DNA of 64,000 nucleotides from the human T2T-CHM13v2.0 reference genome, Homo sapiens. Positions 44,854-63,225 of this stretch are shown one piece after another. Below the pieces are notes generated by a model, which did no database searches, was not told where the DNA came from, and saw nothing but the letters and a program-made list of their open reading frames with translations. The translations under genes and the position numbers were made by a program. Where the stretch lies: contig CP068257.2 in the NCBI GenBank assembly GCA_009914755.4, positions 44,832,001 through 44,896,000 on the forward strand. Direction: 5' to 3'. Each line of letters begins with the position of its first letter. Within the stretch, counting starts at the first letter, position 1.

Positions 44854-46694
44854 TTCCGGTCAGGTAGGGTCACAGCCTAGGCAGTGGGGGAGGTGGACGG
44901 GCCTGGAGCCCTTGGACTCTTGCCATGAAGTCTTCCAGTTATTTTTCCTTTGCCACAATATCTGCCAAAGAAATTATTTTCACATAAGCAGTAATGTACA
45001 TCATCATATTTTTTTCAAGAAAAACATTTAACCTTCACGTAACCACAGTCTGTTTTAATGTATGGTGTAGCTTTAGTGGCACTTTCTTAGGGGATGCCTA
45101 CAAAACTCTCTAGAGAAGTCTTCTTCTCACTCTTACTAGAATAATTTCTTTAAAACTTTTGTACACTTTTTACTTTGAAGTTGATACTAATAATTTTTGT
45201 GCTTTATGGAGCAGCTTTACTGCTAGGTGCAGGTGTTTTAGTATTTCTTTTTCTAATTTTGGAGATTTCCTTCCAATTAGATTTCTGCCACTCTGTTTGG
45301 CAGTGCTTTTATGAATATTTAAATTTGTCTCTGATGTTTTACTTGAATCAATAGAATGGCCATTGAAAAAAATTCACATTTTCTATTATAGTTTATATAT
45401 TAATAACTTGAGCACGTTATTCTATTTAATATTTTCACCACTGTGTGGTTGTATATTTTCTTCACATTTAAGCTCTTTTGACAGGCCTTTTTCAGAAAAA
45501 ATTTTAATAGGGATAATGGTTGTTTTAAGAATACTGAAAACAAAGATTAAGATTTTAAATGTTTTTTCAACAGGGAGTGTAAAGAAATAGTCTAAGAAAT
45601 ATTCGAACAGATAATGTCTTACCAATTTGATACACATTTATAAAAAACTTTATCATGTGGCAAACAGCTTCTTCTCTGATTGTATAAATAATATATGCTT
45701 AGTGTTAAATATATAAAAAATATTATACCAAATTTAAGGACAAAGTTAAAAATCACCTGATACCTCTGAATCCTGAGATGGCCGCCCTCAGCATTTCACT
45801 GAGCACTGTTGTCCTCATGCCTGGATGCAGATGCACGCACACATGTGTACTTTCCATGAGAGTGGTCCTAGAAAAGGTCTCCTCCTTTCTGCCGCTCCTT
45901 ATTTTCTACATGTCCCAGCTCTTCTCCCCAACCCTGTTCCCTGCTCATGGAAGTGATGTTAATAAACTGGTTTCTGCCCTTGTGAAGTTTATACTAGGTG
46001 TATTCTTTATCTTTTGAATACAGGTCTTTTATCATAAATATGATTTGCCAATATTTTCTCTCAGGCTGTGATTTGTCTTTGTGTTTCTTTAAAGTATCTT
46101 TTGAAGAGCAGAAGTTTTTAATCTTGATGAAGTCTAAGTTATCATTTTTTTAAATTGATAGTGCTTTTGTTCTTGTGTTTAAGATATCTTTGCCTAACCC
46201 AAGATTACAAAGATTCTCTCTTGTGTTTTCTTGTACAAGTTTTGTAGTTTTAGGTTTTTTAGTGCCATTTTAGTGCCCTTAAGTTTGTGATCTTTTTTTT
46301 TAGTTAATTTTAGTGTAAGTACAAGGTATGAATCAAAAGTTTACTTTTTTGCATGGAGGTAGTCAGCTGTTCCTGGGCCATTCCTTAAGCCTATGCTTTC
46401 TCCAGAGAATTCCCTTTGCACTTTTTTCTAAAAGCAGTTGCACATAAATGCGTGCATCTATTTCTGGACTCTCTGTTCTGTTCTATTGATCTATTCGTCT
46501 GTCTTTATGGCAAAACAGTGTTCTCTTGATGATCATACCTTAATAATAAGTGTTAAAATCAGTAGTGTTAGTCCTTCAACTTTGTTTCTTATCTGTGTTC
46601 TGTTGTATCTAATGTGTCTTTTTTCCTTCTTGCACCTTTAAGATTTTTCTCTTTATCACTGTTCTGTGGGCTCGATTATATCCTCTCTGAAATT

Positions 46695-47310
46695 CCTATA
46701 TTGAAGCCCTAACCCCGGTGGGATGCTATTTGGAGTTTGGTCCTTTGGGAGGTAATTAGGTTTAGATGAGATCATGAGGGTGGGGCCCTCACGGTGGGAT
46801 CGGTGCCCTTATAAGAAGAGGCATTGGCCAGGCGTGGTTGTTCATGCCTGTAATCCCAGCACTTTGGGAGGCTGAAGCAGGCGGAGACCAGCCTGGCCAA
46901 CATGGCAAAACCCCATCTCTACTAAAAATACAAAAATTAGTCAGGTGTGATGACACATGCCCATAGTCCTAGGTATTCTGGAGACTGAGGCATGAGAATC
47001 GCTTGAACCGGTAGGTGGAGGTTGCAGTGAGCCAATATTGCCCCACTGCACTCCAGCCTGAGTGAGACTCTGTCTCAAAAAAAAAAAAGGAAGAAAAAAA
47101 AAAGAGGCACTAGAGCTTGCTGGCCCCCGCCCTGCCCCATCAACCTGTGAGTACAATGGTTAGAAGGCAGATGTCTGTAAGCCAGGAAGAGAGCCCTCAC
47201 CAGACACCAACCATGAGGCACCTTGATCTTGGACATACAGTCTCCAGTAAGAAAAATTTGTGTTGTTTAAGCCACTTAGTTTATGCTGTTTTGTTATGGC
47301 AACTGAGCAG
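46695..47310 (+). mobile_element. MaLR-type LTR, MST-like, split by the Alu at 46826-47103
   Basis: 'ttgaagccctaaccccggtgggatgctatttggagtttggtcctttgggaggtaattaggtttagatgagatcatgagggtggggccctcacggtgggatcggtgcccttataagaagaggc' [Alu] 'actagagcttgc...gtaagccaggaagagagccctcaccagacaccaaccatgaggcaccttgatcttggacatacagtctccagtaagaaaaatttgtgttgtttaagccacttagtttatgctgttttgttatggcaactgagcagactaag'. Confidence 0.6.
46826..47103 (+). mobile_element. Alu nested in the MST-like LTR; TSD about 'aagaggca'
   Basis: 'ggccaggcgtggttgttcatgcctgtaatcccagcactttgggaggctgaagcagg' through to 'ctctgtctcaaaaaaaaaaaaggaagaaaaaaaaa'. 'aagaggca' occurs on both sides. Confidence 0.85.
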
Positions 47311-49269
47311 ACTAAGATGCTGGTGTTGAGTGATTTGATTATGATGCACGTGGGCTGGTTTTGTTTCTTGTGCTTGGGGTTTGTTGAGTATTTTTGGATC
47401 TGTTGATATACCCTATCAGGTTGATATTATCTATATTTTTAGTTCTAGGTTGTTTTTAATCTATACTTATTTTCCTTTTTTTCTAAGACAGCAATAATGT
47501 TTAAAGTAGGGGAATCACAGTAACTTCCAAATCCATCACAAGGGTCTCAGTTTGTTTCTTGCTCTCTTTTCGTGAGTGCCTTTTTCCATGAGTGTTTTCA
47601 GTTAAGTCCTTGTGTGGAAATGCTTTTCGAACCTTGTATGTCTGATAATATTTTTATTAAATATTCATATTTAAATGATAATTTGGCTGGATATAAAATT
47701 CTAGGTTTAACACTTTTGTCTTCAAAACTATTGCTTTTTTGTGCCTGGTGTTACTACTGAGTATTGTCAGTCTGTTTCTTGATCTTTCAAGGTGATTTAC
47801 CTTTTTCTCTGGAAGCTTTTAGAATTGTTCTGTGTCTTTGATATCCATGAATTTCCTTTATCATATGTCTAGGTGTGAATTCTTCACCTTTCCTGAGTAG
47901 GAAAAGGTTTAACCTGGCCCTACAAGCCATTTAAATGTGAGATTTTTAAATGTTTTCAGACATTTGTTGGGGAAAATTGAAGCGTCTACAAAACTGGCCA
48001 TCATTGTATTATAGCTCCCCTGGACCCATAGTCGAGCTCCAGAAATTCTTGGCCATCCATGCCCTGCCTTGGATTAATCTATACTCTACCTGCTTCCTCC
48101 CTTCCCATATGGTTTCATAGCAAATCTCGGATATGTTATTTCATTTAGATGTCATAATATTCTCGATCTCTGTCATTTTGATGTCGTAATAGTCTTGGTT
48201 TCTGTATCTGAAAAGATTGTATTTCTAAAAGATAATGCCATTTTCACAAAGTAATTAACAATAAATACTTCCTTAATAGCAAATATTCAGCCAATGTTCA
48301 TATGGCTTTTGCTCGTATGGCTTCTAAGGAACAAGTTTATTTGGACCCAGGATTCAAATAAGAGCTACACATTGCAGTTGGTTGGTAAGTGTTTTCAGCC
48401 TCTATGAACCTTAGTTTGTAGGAGAAGCTGAGCTGTGTTTGTCTGATGGTTCCTCTTGGTGTCTCTGACATGCTTTTTAGGTCACTAGGTTTGATGAAAG
48501 TCAGGTTACAACGTTCAGCTGTTTACAAGACTGTCATGGGTGGCCCTGTGTTCCTCCACCAAGAGGCCTGTTGGGCCTGACTCTTGGCTGTTCACTGTGG
48601 TGCTTGAAAACCAGTGATTTTTCTCAGTTCTTAGATTGATTTCCTTTGGGCTGCAAAATGGTGAAATTTAGATTCTGACATTCCTTCTTCACTCAAAGGC
48701 CAGAATATTTCCGTAAAGAGAAACTTCTGTTATTTACAACTTGGTACAGGAAAGAAAGTCAAGATGAATATTTAATTCTTTCCATTTATTTACTAGTTTT
48801 CAGAACAATAGGTTGAGTCACTGGCCTCCTCCAATGGCAACCAATTGATTGCGTTTCCTCTTTTCCTTTTTCTTCTTTTCTTCTGTCAGTATCATATTTG
48901 ATGTTTCAGTCCATTTTAGTATTTATTCTTACCGATATTCAGATTGTCCCATTCTTCGCCATTGGGAATCTCTTCAAATTGGCTCGAGTTGTTTGACCAT
49001 TTCCTGGTTGGCTGTTAGGATAAGAAGTTCTAGGTTCATCCTGGGCATTTCTCCCCTGCTCCAGAATCTGCCATTTCTAAGGGTTTTTTTTAAGTGAGGA
49101 TGGTGTTTCAAGACCACAGTCTGGGCACTAGGATGCTGATTGCTATTGGGCTGATTGTTGTTTGTAGACATTTTCACTGTACAGAGGTAAGACAGACTTT
49201 TAAAAGACAGGATACCACATTTGTTTGTAGTGACATAATCTATTCAGATTCAGAACTGCAGGGTCTGTA

Positions 49270-49386
49270 CTTCATCTCTCTCTCTCCCTCCCTCCCTTCC
49301 CTCCATCCCTCCCTCTTTCTCTTTCGCTTTTTCTCTTCTCTTCTCTTCTCTTCTCTTCTCTTCTCTTCTCTTCTCTTCTCTTCTCT

Positions 49387-49452
<66 letters not shown>
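49270..49452. repeat. Compound pyrimidine microsatellite: (CCCT/CTCC)-rich, then (TCTCT)11, then (CT)29, abutting the poly-T tail end of the Alu at 49455
   Basis: 'ctctctctccctccctcccttccc...ctcttctcttctcttctct...ctctctctctctctctct'. Confidence 0.95.
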
Positions 49453-49738
<286 letters not shown>

Positions 49739-49799
49739 TCCTCTCTCTCTCTTTCTTTTCTTCCTTCCTTCCCTTTCTTTCCTTCTTTTTCTCTTTTTC

Positions 49800-49950
49800 T
49801 TTCTTGGGTTCTCACTCTGTCACCCAGGCTGGAGGCAGTGGTACAGGCATAGCTTACTGCACCTTGGAACTCCTGGGCTCAAGTGATCCTCCAGCTTCAG
49901 CTTCCTGAGTAGCTGGGACCACAGGCGCATGCCACTGCACCTGCCTAATT
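49800..49950 (-). mobile_element. Alu monomer fragment
   Basis: 'tgggttctcactctgtcacccaggctggaggcagtggtacaggcatagcttactgcaccttggaactcctgggctcaagtgatcctccagcttcagcttcctgagtagctgggaccacagg'. Confidence 0.75.
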
Positions 49951-49958
49951 AAACAAAA

Positions 49959-50372
<414 letters not shown>

Positions 50373-51159
50373 CTACCTCTTTCATCTACATTTGTATCTC
50401 CTCTCCCTCATGAGTGTCCAAGCTCTAGCTATGGTAGAATCAGACTATTAAGTGCTTTTCATTTGCCATATCCCACAGGACTCACGAAGAATCTATATGA
50501 CAATGCCTTCACTGCTATCAACAATATGAGAGAGTTTAAAAGTTTTTGTTCAGTTATTTTTGTCCTTATTAGATATTTCTGGAAGTAGAGGTTGACCAGT
50601 CTAACTTCAGTGTTTTAAAGTCAGCTGCAATAGTTTAAACCAGGGGTGTCCAATCTTTTGGCTACCTTGGGCCACGTTGGAAGAAGAATAATTATCCTGG
50701 GCCACACATAAAATACACTAACACTAACGATAGCTGATAAGCTAAAAAAAATTGCAAAAAAATCTCATAATGTTTTAAGAAATTTTACGAATTTGTATTA
50801 GGCTGCATTCAAAGCCCTCCTGAGCCATATGAGGCCCATGGGCCACGGGTTGAACAAGCGTGGTTTAAACCAACAACTAGATACACATTTAGGCTCATTT
50901 GTTTCACTTTATTTTCAATTTTGGGGATTTCTCTTTTATTCAGTTTTGATTTATAACTAAGGAAATATTTACAAGATTCCAAAGTTAGATCTACAAACAA
51001 AGAAATATTTAAAGAAATCTAGGACCAACATGTGAGGATAGACAGAGAGAGCTTCTATTCCTTTTACCCCCACTGAAAACAAAAAAAACATGAAACTTAA
51101 TTTGTTACTTTATAAACAGTCTTGTAAAAAGTATTTTTACTGCTGTCCTTCCTGTGTAG

Positions 51160-51279
51160 ATGTCCACACTGAAGCCGTGCAAGCAGCTTTGGCCAAATAC
51201 AAAGAGAGGAAGATGCCTATGCCTTCGAAGAGACGTTCTGTCCTTGTGCATTCGTCTGTGGAAACCTACACCCCTCCAG
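51160..51279 (+). CDS. DIP2A: DIP2A coding exon 4 (120 nt): (D)VHTEAVQAALAKYKERKMPMPSKRRSVLVHSSVETYTPP
   Basis: Acceptor 'cctgtgtag|atgtcc'; donor 'ccag|gtattg'. Phase 1 in and out. Matches the DIP2 N-terminal region. Confidence 0.75.
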
Positions 51280-52752
51280 GTATTGATAAACAATGTCAAG
51301 TGTGGCTTTTTTTGAGTGTTTCACAGGCCTGATGTTATCCTATTTACTTCCCATTGAGTTGGAATATCCGTCTGGCCTGTAGTATAGATTGGACGCATTT
51401 GGAGATTAAAAATGTTTGCATATGCTCATATTCCTTACCTGAAAATCTATGGTGTACATAGTATTCTTACCCAAATGGGTACTTGCTTTCTATAAGACTT
51501 TTTGTGTGGATCTTAATTTCTTTTACTAAGATGCTATTTATGTCTTTTAGTAAAGAGAAGAACCTAAAGCACTAAGAGGAGCCTAAAATAAGCACTAAGC
51601 TAAAGCTTCCTGAATTAGGAATTTTACAGTTATTGTCATCTTATTACCTATAACTTAACAGGTTGTAACCAGGACTTATATGCAACAGTATAAGACTATT
51701 TGGAAAGTTTTGCGGTTGATTTTGTTGTTGTTTTATTGTTGGTACCATTAGAAATGAAAACTTTTATATGAGGTTTCTCTCTAGCAATAATGTATTTTAG
51801 TCTTCCTGTTAAACTGCACAAGATGTCGATAGTGTCTAATGACTTCACATTCATGAACTTGCATTGTTGTCATATATTTAAAGTATCAAAAATAGTGACA
51901 CCCATTTTTGGTTTGAGGTATCTGGAGATACTACACAATAAAACCAAACACACCAGATTCGTAAGATGATTTAGTGGTTTTGGTAACACTTTCTTGCTTA
52001 AAAGAAGTTTATTGTTGAAAAAAATCTTAGAAATGGCTGTCAAATTATTGTTTTTGCTAAATATAGCTATAGACACTATCCAATTTTAAAATAATGTTTT
52101 AATAATTGTAAAACCCATAATGAAACACACAGTCATGCTGACTTGAAGAAACCTTAATGTACAGTTAATTTTGTTGTCTGAAGCAATTTTCTCGGAGAAG
52201 GAATTGTTTTTAGGGCTAGTTCACATGACTCCCCTGAAAGGATGCATGTAGACAGGGCTGCGGTTCTCCCATGGCCACCATGTTGTTGCTGGGGCCATGC
52301 ACAGGCCAGGATGCCTTCTCACTGCCTCCAAGATGTAGGGCCGGGCACAGGCTCTCCCCTGGGTGATGCTGACTGATGTGTGGATATGGTGTCCGACTCT
52401 GTGGACATGCAGTGCAGCACTGAATATTCACAGAACACCCCCACTGAGGTATATGCTGAAGCCGTTTAGGAGATCAGAGGCTGTCTTCACTGAGTGTGTC
52501 TGGTACCCTGTGGCTGAGTTCTCTCTGGGGAGCTGGGGGCTCATGGAATCATTTTCCCCACAGTAGGGCTTCTTGCATGCCCTTCTAGATTGAGGGTGAC
52601 CTTTGAGCTGACTGCGTGGCTTTGGGCAGAGCTGTGCCAGGTGTACAGAAGCATGCTGCACACAGGTCTGGGAGGCTCCAGTGTGAGTGGGAACTCCGTC
52701 CTCCTCTTGACTCATCCCGATATCATGCCTGTCATCGTTATTTTAACCACAG

Positions 52753-53004
52753 ACACGTCGTCTGCCTCAGAAGATGAGGGCTCTTTACGGCGACCCGGGC
52801 GACTCACCTCCACTCCGCTCCAGAGCCATTCCAGCGTCGAGCCCTGGCTCGACCGGGTCATTCAGGGCTCGTCCACCTCATCCTCTGCATCCTCCACCTC
52901 ATCTCACCCGGGAGGGAGACCCACCACTGCTCCCAGTGCTGCAGCCACGCCGGGGGCCGCCGCTACCACTGCACTCGCAGGCCTCGAGGCCCACACCCAC
53001 ATAG
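52753..53004 (+). CDS. DIP2A: DIP2A coding exon 5 (252 nt): (D)TSSASEDEGSLRRPGRLTSTPLQSHSSVEPWLDRVIQGSSTSSSASSTSSHPGGRPTTAPSAAATPGAAATTALAGLEAHTHI; a Ser/Thr/Ala-rich low-complexity linker
   Basis: Acceptor 'ttttaaccacag|acacg'; donor 'atag|gtcagt'. 'SSASEDEGSLRR' is a DIP2 hallmark motif. The exon is 84 codons with no stop. Confidence 0.8.
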   Translation, partial: TRRLPQKMRALYGDPGDSPPLRSRAIPASSPGSTGSFRARPPHPLHPPPHLTREGDPPLLPVLQPRRGPPLPLHSQASRPTPT

Positions 53005-55595
53005 GTCAGTAATAAGCTGCTGCGGCCCCTGTGCCAGCAGAGCGGGGTCAGGAGTGTCCAGGACAGAGGAGCAGATGGAGGGCACCTGAGCCAGGCGCCA
53101 CCCTGCAGACTTAGCTGCAGGCCTGAGTGCTCTCCAAGTGACTGAGGTCACACAACCCAGATAACCCATACTGGCTTATCTGCCTGAGACATTAAATTGA
53201 TTTTGAGCTTTTAATAATTGCACTTGAAAGAAATGGGCTAATATTTGGTTAATTCATCATTCAGATTAAATCCCTAATAACCTTTTGAACAATACAGCTC
53301 AGTTGCAAATTTTTTCCCCCATCAAGACCTACGTATTTTTCATCTGGGAAATGTCCTTTTGGTAACAAAAGTAGTTGTTGATACTTCTTTAATTTGGCAG
53401 TCCTAGTCCTTTGGGGCATGGGGCATTTCTCATAGTCCCCCAGAAGGGTGTGGTGTTTCTCAGTGTCATAACACCTTCCTGCTCTTGAGGGGAAGCTGGT
53501 GCATGCAGTAGGTGCAGGGGTAGATGGTCAGCACACATCCATACCTGCTGGTGGCTGTGATCATCACCCTTGACCTGGCCGCCTCTCTGTTGTCTGTGCC
53601 TTTCCTCTTGGCTATGTGTTCACAGCTGCAGGCCCATTGGTTGTCTCTGTACCTGGCTGGAATTCTGAGGTTGGGGTAGAGGGCTTTCGCTCCTCCAGAT
53701 ACCAGGTTAGACAGCCTTTGGCCTGAAAAGGTGTCAGTCAGAGCTAATCATATGATGCATGGATCTTTCCCAAATCATGGAATCCTTTAAATTACATTCA
53801 TCTTAGAGATGAAAAAAGTGTAAACCTTTCATCCTTTGAAATTCTATTTTTTAACTAAAACAGCAGCATAGTTAGCTGTATGTAGCTGGCATGTGAAACC
53901 CACATACACTCTTGCACAAGTACCTTAAAATACAATCAGTATTGTTGAAGACTCATCTTAATCCCCTCCTTTTTTTCCCAGATGAGGAAGGAAGAAAAAA
54001 AAGTCCAGCGATTGTAACTTGCTTGAGATCAGACAGCAGCCTTAAGTGGTGAAGCCAGGGCTGATACCAGTTTTCTTGATTCCTATTCATTTTCTTTGCT
54101 TTTTGTTGCTTTTCTGCCAAAACTGAAAGGTGACACCTGTGACACGCTGGTGTTTGTGCTGGGGTCCCCATGGGTGCCGAGCTCTTTTTTGTAAGACCTC
54201 GGTCATTTGGCTGGACTGGGGGCAAGTTGGGTATGTTGGGTGGCCCACAGCTTCTGTCTCATCATCCTCTGTAGTGTGCATCACTGTTGCTCTTCATGTT
54301 TTTGTTTGTTTGAGTCAGCACATCTCTTGTGTTTCCATTGAACATGTGTCCTTCTTCTGAGGCGTCCGTCTCAGATGAAAGCTCACAGTGCCCTGCTCTG
54401 TCTCCACACTGCTTCCAGCTCATAAAGGAACTGCCAAGACTACAAGGGTAGCAGCAGGCAGCATTTTCCACAGAGAAAGTTTCTCTTAGGAAAACAGCCT
54501 GCTCAGATTGTTTCTGTAGCTTTCCTGGGTGTTCCATGGCCAGAGGCTGCTGCCCACCTTTCCTCAAGGTGGTGTACAGTCCATATCTTGAAAACAGCTT
54601 TTGCACTGTTGTTTGCCTTCTCTGTTCATCGTTGGTGATTTAACTTTGTAGAAATACATAGTTAACTCCAATTCTGAGGCAGGGGCAGGAAAACAGTAGT
54701 TTTAAATGTTCTGTTACCTCATTTCTTCTCCCAGAAGCTCCTTTCTAGGTGAGATGGTGCAGGAGAGCAAACAAAACATTTGTAGTTTGAGTTTATTAGC
54801 CATTGCTGAGTCATCTCAACACTGTTTCCGGGTGGGTTAGAAATAAAAGCTTATTCAGCATGAAAAATTAGCCACAGTTCAGAATGTTTAACCGTACAGC
54901 CCTCAACTTTCCAGTGATTGTGGGGTGTCTTTAAGCAAAGCATTGAACTCTAATGTGTGTTTGAATTAGATGTTTTCATTCTCTGAAAAGGACTTGGCTG
55001 CAATTATTTATAATGTAGGTTTATTACCTATGTTGGTGGAAGACAGCTCCTGACTCCTGCAGATGCAGCTGTAATCATCTCTTCCTTTCTTGTTAGTCCT
55101 AGCATCAACATTTTGTGATCAATTCTAATACATTTAAAAAAAATTCTTAACTTGGACTTGATTTAATACTTTGCTTACAGGATTGCAATTTTCTACAGAT
55201 TGTAGCTACCCACATCCTAAATGTTGGACATAGTTAATTTGAATTTCTAAATCTCAAAAATACTCAACTTCCCTCTTATGACAGAAATCATCCTTTGTTT
55301 TAGTTTCTAACACTAGATGTGTCTTCAATTTAAACTAAGGAAAGAAACATGAAAAGAGGAAGAATATATTAAGTAAAAAATTCGAGGTAGAACATATCAG
55401 GTAAAGATAATTTTTAAAAATATATCACTTTCAGTTTTGGATTAAGGAAATCAAATACATTAAGCCTTTTTTATACAAATGTAAATACCTATTTTTAAAA
55501 GCAGTACTTTTAATTATAGTAGCTTCTTTTAATTATAGTAGCTTATTTTTATTTTGAATGTAGTTTATGTTTATTTTTATGCAGCTTTTTTTTTT

Positions 55596-55893
55596 ATTTT
55601 TCCACCTAGAGACAGGGTCTTGCTCTGTCACCCACGCTGGAGTACAGTGGCATGATCATAGGTCACTGCAGCCTTGAACTCCTGGGCTTAAGAAATTCTC
55701 CCACCTTAGCCTCCTGAGCAGCTGGGACTATAGGCAAATGCCAGCATGCCTAGCTAATTTTTAAAAATTTTTTGGAAAGATGGAGTTTTTACTGTGTTGC
55801 CCAGACTGGTCTTGAACTCCTGGGCTCAAGTGATCCTCATGCCTTGGCCTTTCAAAATGTTAGGATTATAGGAATGAGCCACTGCTCCCAGCC
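55596..55893 (-). mobile_element. Alu, J-like
   Basis: 'ctagagacagggtcttgctctgtcacccacgctggagtacagtggcatgatcataggtcactgcagccttgaactcc' through to 'ggattataggaatgagccactgctcccagcc'. Confidence 0.85.
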
Positions 55894-56317
55894 ATTATAT
55901 AGCTGTTTTAAAAAACTACTTGTAGTACATGTATGTATACCATGTATACCTTTTTTTCCATATATACTTTTAAAATCATTTATTCTTTTTGCTAGATTTG
56001 GAAGAGTGGGGAAATTTCTTTTTAAACTAAAAGAACCTCCTGATAGACATACTTTAAAATGCTAATTTGATCAGCATCAGGCTTTTTCAAGGGTTGTGAA
56101 AAATCTTAACGGTTTAGATTTTTTCAAAAGGTATATTCTGCTATGCAGACAGTGAGTTTGTGCTTTCATATACTTCAGCTTTCTACAAACCTAGTAAAAA
56201 GTTACTGCTTTACATTGTACCTAGGAGTACCACAGTGATACTAACAGGTACCTTCATTAAAATATTAAACATTACCAGTTGTCTCTACCTAACATAGACT
56301 AGTGTTTATTTATTTAT

Positions 56318-57067
<750 letters not shown>

Positions 57068-57211
57068 TGAACAGATAGATGGACTGTACCATGGAAATAA
57101 AACACAAAAATGTACATTCAGACAATGGAAGGAGTGACTTTTACATATGTTCCAGATCTAATGTCTGTTTTTAAATGTTACACCAATTCTACTTTAAGAA
57201 CTTGATTGTGG

Positions 57212-57547
<336 letters not shown>

Positions 57548-57731
57548 TTAACTGGCAGTGGGGGAAGTTTTAATTTCTGTAGTTTTATTCTTTTAGGACT
57601 GCAAAGGTTTGGTGTCCAACATACTTTTTTGGGGGTTGTAGTAGTTTGTATGATCCTGGCTGTTTTTTTCATAATGTAACAAAAAAATGTACCAGTGACA
57701 ATTGATTTCAAATTTGTTTCTGCTTCCTTGA

Positions 57732-58241
<510 letters not shown>

Positions 58242-58536
58242 TGACAGGCAGGTTTACTCTGTGCCTGCCTCTGTGCTGAAGATGGTGGTTCTGAGTCTGG
58301 ATCCCTTTGAGAATTGAGCCACCCACATGCACGCAGATGTCTGCATAACGTGTCTGGGAGTTCATAGGGTCCCAGTATGCCTTTGGTCAGCCAAGAAAAC
58401 AAATTAATGAAAATACCACACTCTCCCCACTTAGAACTCAGCTAGTGGAGCTTTAGACTAACGGGGTTTCAAGAGCAGCTTAATACTCATTTGACTTAAC
58501 AGCCACTTTCATTTTGGGTGTGTTTTTCAAAAGCAG

Positions 58537-58665
58537 ATCTGCATTCTGCCCCTCCTGATGTCACCACGGGCCTCGTGGAGCATTCGTACTTTGAGCGTCC
58601 ACAGGTGGCTTCTGTGAGAAGTGTTCCTCGGGGGTGCAGCGGGAGCATGCTGGAAACAGCAGATG
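58537..58665 (+). CDS. DIP2A: DIP2A coding exon 6 (129 nt): (D)LHSAPPDVTTGLVEHSYFERPQVASVRSVPRGCSGSMLETAD
   Basis: Acceptor 'ttttcaaaagcag|atctg'; donor 'gatg|gtgagc'. In frame with exon 5. Confidence 0.7.
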
Positions 58666-59502
58666 GTGAGCCTGCCTCTCTTTCTCCTCGTGAAATAGCA
58701 GAACACAGGTTTTGTCTTTGGGTATTGAACACAGCTTTAATGTATTCACTGTAGCAAACCCAAGCCAAACGTCAGTTTTAATCCATGCAGATAAATAGAA
58801 ACCAGTGTGTGCAGTTAATGTTATAGAAAGCATCATGTGGAGAAATAATTGGAAATATCAATGGAATTGGTCAGAGGGGAAACGAGGAGAGTGGGGAGGG
58901 AAAAGACTTCCAAATTTAGATAGGATGCAAAGGGCGTTTCGATCTGCAATATAGTAGGGAAATGAGAAGCTGTGGGAAGTTTCTTTATTTAGATTCAATG
59001 TGGCAGACAGAATGACTTAGTCAGTGCGAGTGCACACACCCACCTATGACAGAACAGCCCCCTACACTCTCCATCCTCAGCAGACTGTGAAATCGGTGCA
59101 ACAGCAATCATGGTTTCCCATGTGCAGGCTCAGAGATGTCAGTGTAACTTTCATAATGTCCTCATTTACACCATTTCTTTTTGAAACAGTCTTCAATGTC
59201 TTTTATCAAAATCATGTCAATTTTTTTCCCAAAATAATAATTTAAATAAAAATTAAGAGGAGCTCAGAGCTAGGGCCTATCATATATGTTGGTACTCCCA
59301 AACAGAGTGTCAGATTTTGTTGAGGGCTTTCATCTCCTTGTCCAGAGGCAGAAGAAAAATACTGAATCAACATGAAGCAGTCTGTACATTGGCTAGACAT
59401 GTATTTAATTCAATTTATTACTCTTTATATTTAAAAAAATTAAGAGCTTAATTAAAGGGTAATTGACATAATGAATTGCACATATTTAAAGTGTACAGTT
59501 TC

Positions 59503-59790
<288 letters not shown>

Positions 59791-60039
59791 TTTTAAGACA
59801 TTTGTACAGCTGTGGAAAGCATCACTACAATCAAGATAGTGACCATATCCAGCACGCCCAAAAGTGTCCTTGTGTTCCTTGGTCCTCCTCTCTTCGGATC
59901 CTTCTGGCTTTCCCCATACACTTCAGGCAGCCACCGATTTACTTTCTGTCACTATAGATTAGATTGCATTTTCTAGAATTTTATATAAAAGGAATCATAC
60001 AGCGTTTACGTTTATGGTCTGCCTTCTACCACTCTCCAT

Positions 60040-61250
<1,211 letters not shown>

Positions 61251-61831
61251 AATTGTGCTTGTTTTCTTATTGAGTTTTGAGGGCTGTTTATATATTCTAG
61301 ATACAAGTCATCCCATATGAGGTTTATCATTTGTATTTTCTCCCAGTCTGGCTTGCTTTAACAATGCCTTTCAAAGAACAGATGGTTTACATTTTTATGA
61401 CATTCAGTTTACCAAATTTTTTTATATATTGTGCTTTTGTGTCATATCTAAGAAATTTTTGTCTAACCCAAGGTCACAAATGTTTTCTCCTATATTTTCT
61501 TCCAGAATTTTATAGTTTTAGTTTTTACATTTAGGTAGATAGTTCATTTTGAGTTAATTTTAGCCTAAGTATCAGGTATGAATCAAAGTTTACATTTTTG
61601 TATGTGGGTATTCAGTTGTTCTAGCATCATTTATAATAAAGACCATTCTTTTCCCACCAAGTTTCCTTGGCATCTTTAATGAAAATCAGTAGACCATGTT
61701 GGAGAGGGAAGGGTCTATTTCTGGGCTCTGGGCTCTGTGTGTTGTTCCGTTTCCTTATTTATCTGTCCTTACACCTCGTATAGCCATGACCACTGTGATT
61801 TTCTTAAAATTCTTGAAATTATACAGTTTGA

Positions 61832-62213
<382 letters not shown>

Positions 62214-62221
62214 CCCCATTT

Positions 62222-62518
62222 TTTTTTTTTTTAAATAGTGACTCTGTTGCCCAGGCTGGAGTTCACTGACATGATCATGGCTCACTGTAGCCTGAAACTT
62301 CTGGACTCAAGCAATCCTTCCTTCTCAGCCTCCCAAGGAGCAGGGACTGCAGGCACAAGCCACCACATCCAGATAATTTTTTATTTTTTAAATTTTTTGT
62401 AGAGACAGGGTCTTGCTGTGTTGACCAGGCTAGTCTTAAACTTCTGGCCTCAAGCGATCCTCTCCTGCCTTAGCTAACCAAAGTGCTGGGATTACAGCTG
62501 TGAGCCACTGCTCCTGGC
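62222..62518 (-). mobile_element. Alu, J-like
   Basis: 'aaatagtgactctgttgcccaggctggagttcactgacatgatcatggctcactgtagcctgaaacttctggactcaagc' through to 'gggattacagctgtgagccactgctcctggc'. Confidence 0.85.
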
Positions 62519-62528
62519 TGGCCAATGA

Positions 62529-62815
<287 letters not shown>

Positions 62816-62856
62816 CCATGACTTCTTAACATTACCATGGAATAGTCGTGACCTCA

Positions 62857-63225
<369 letters not shown>

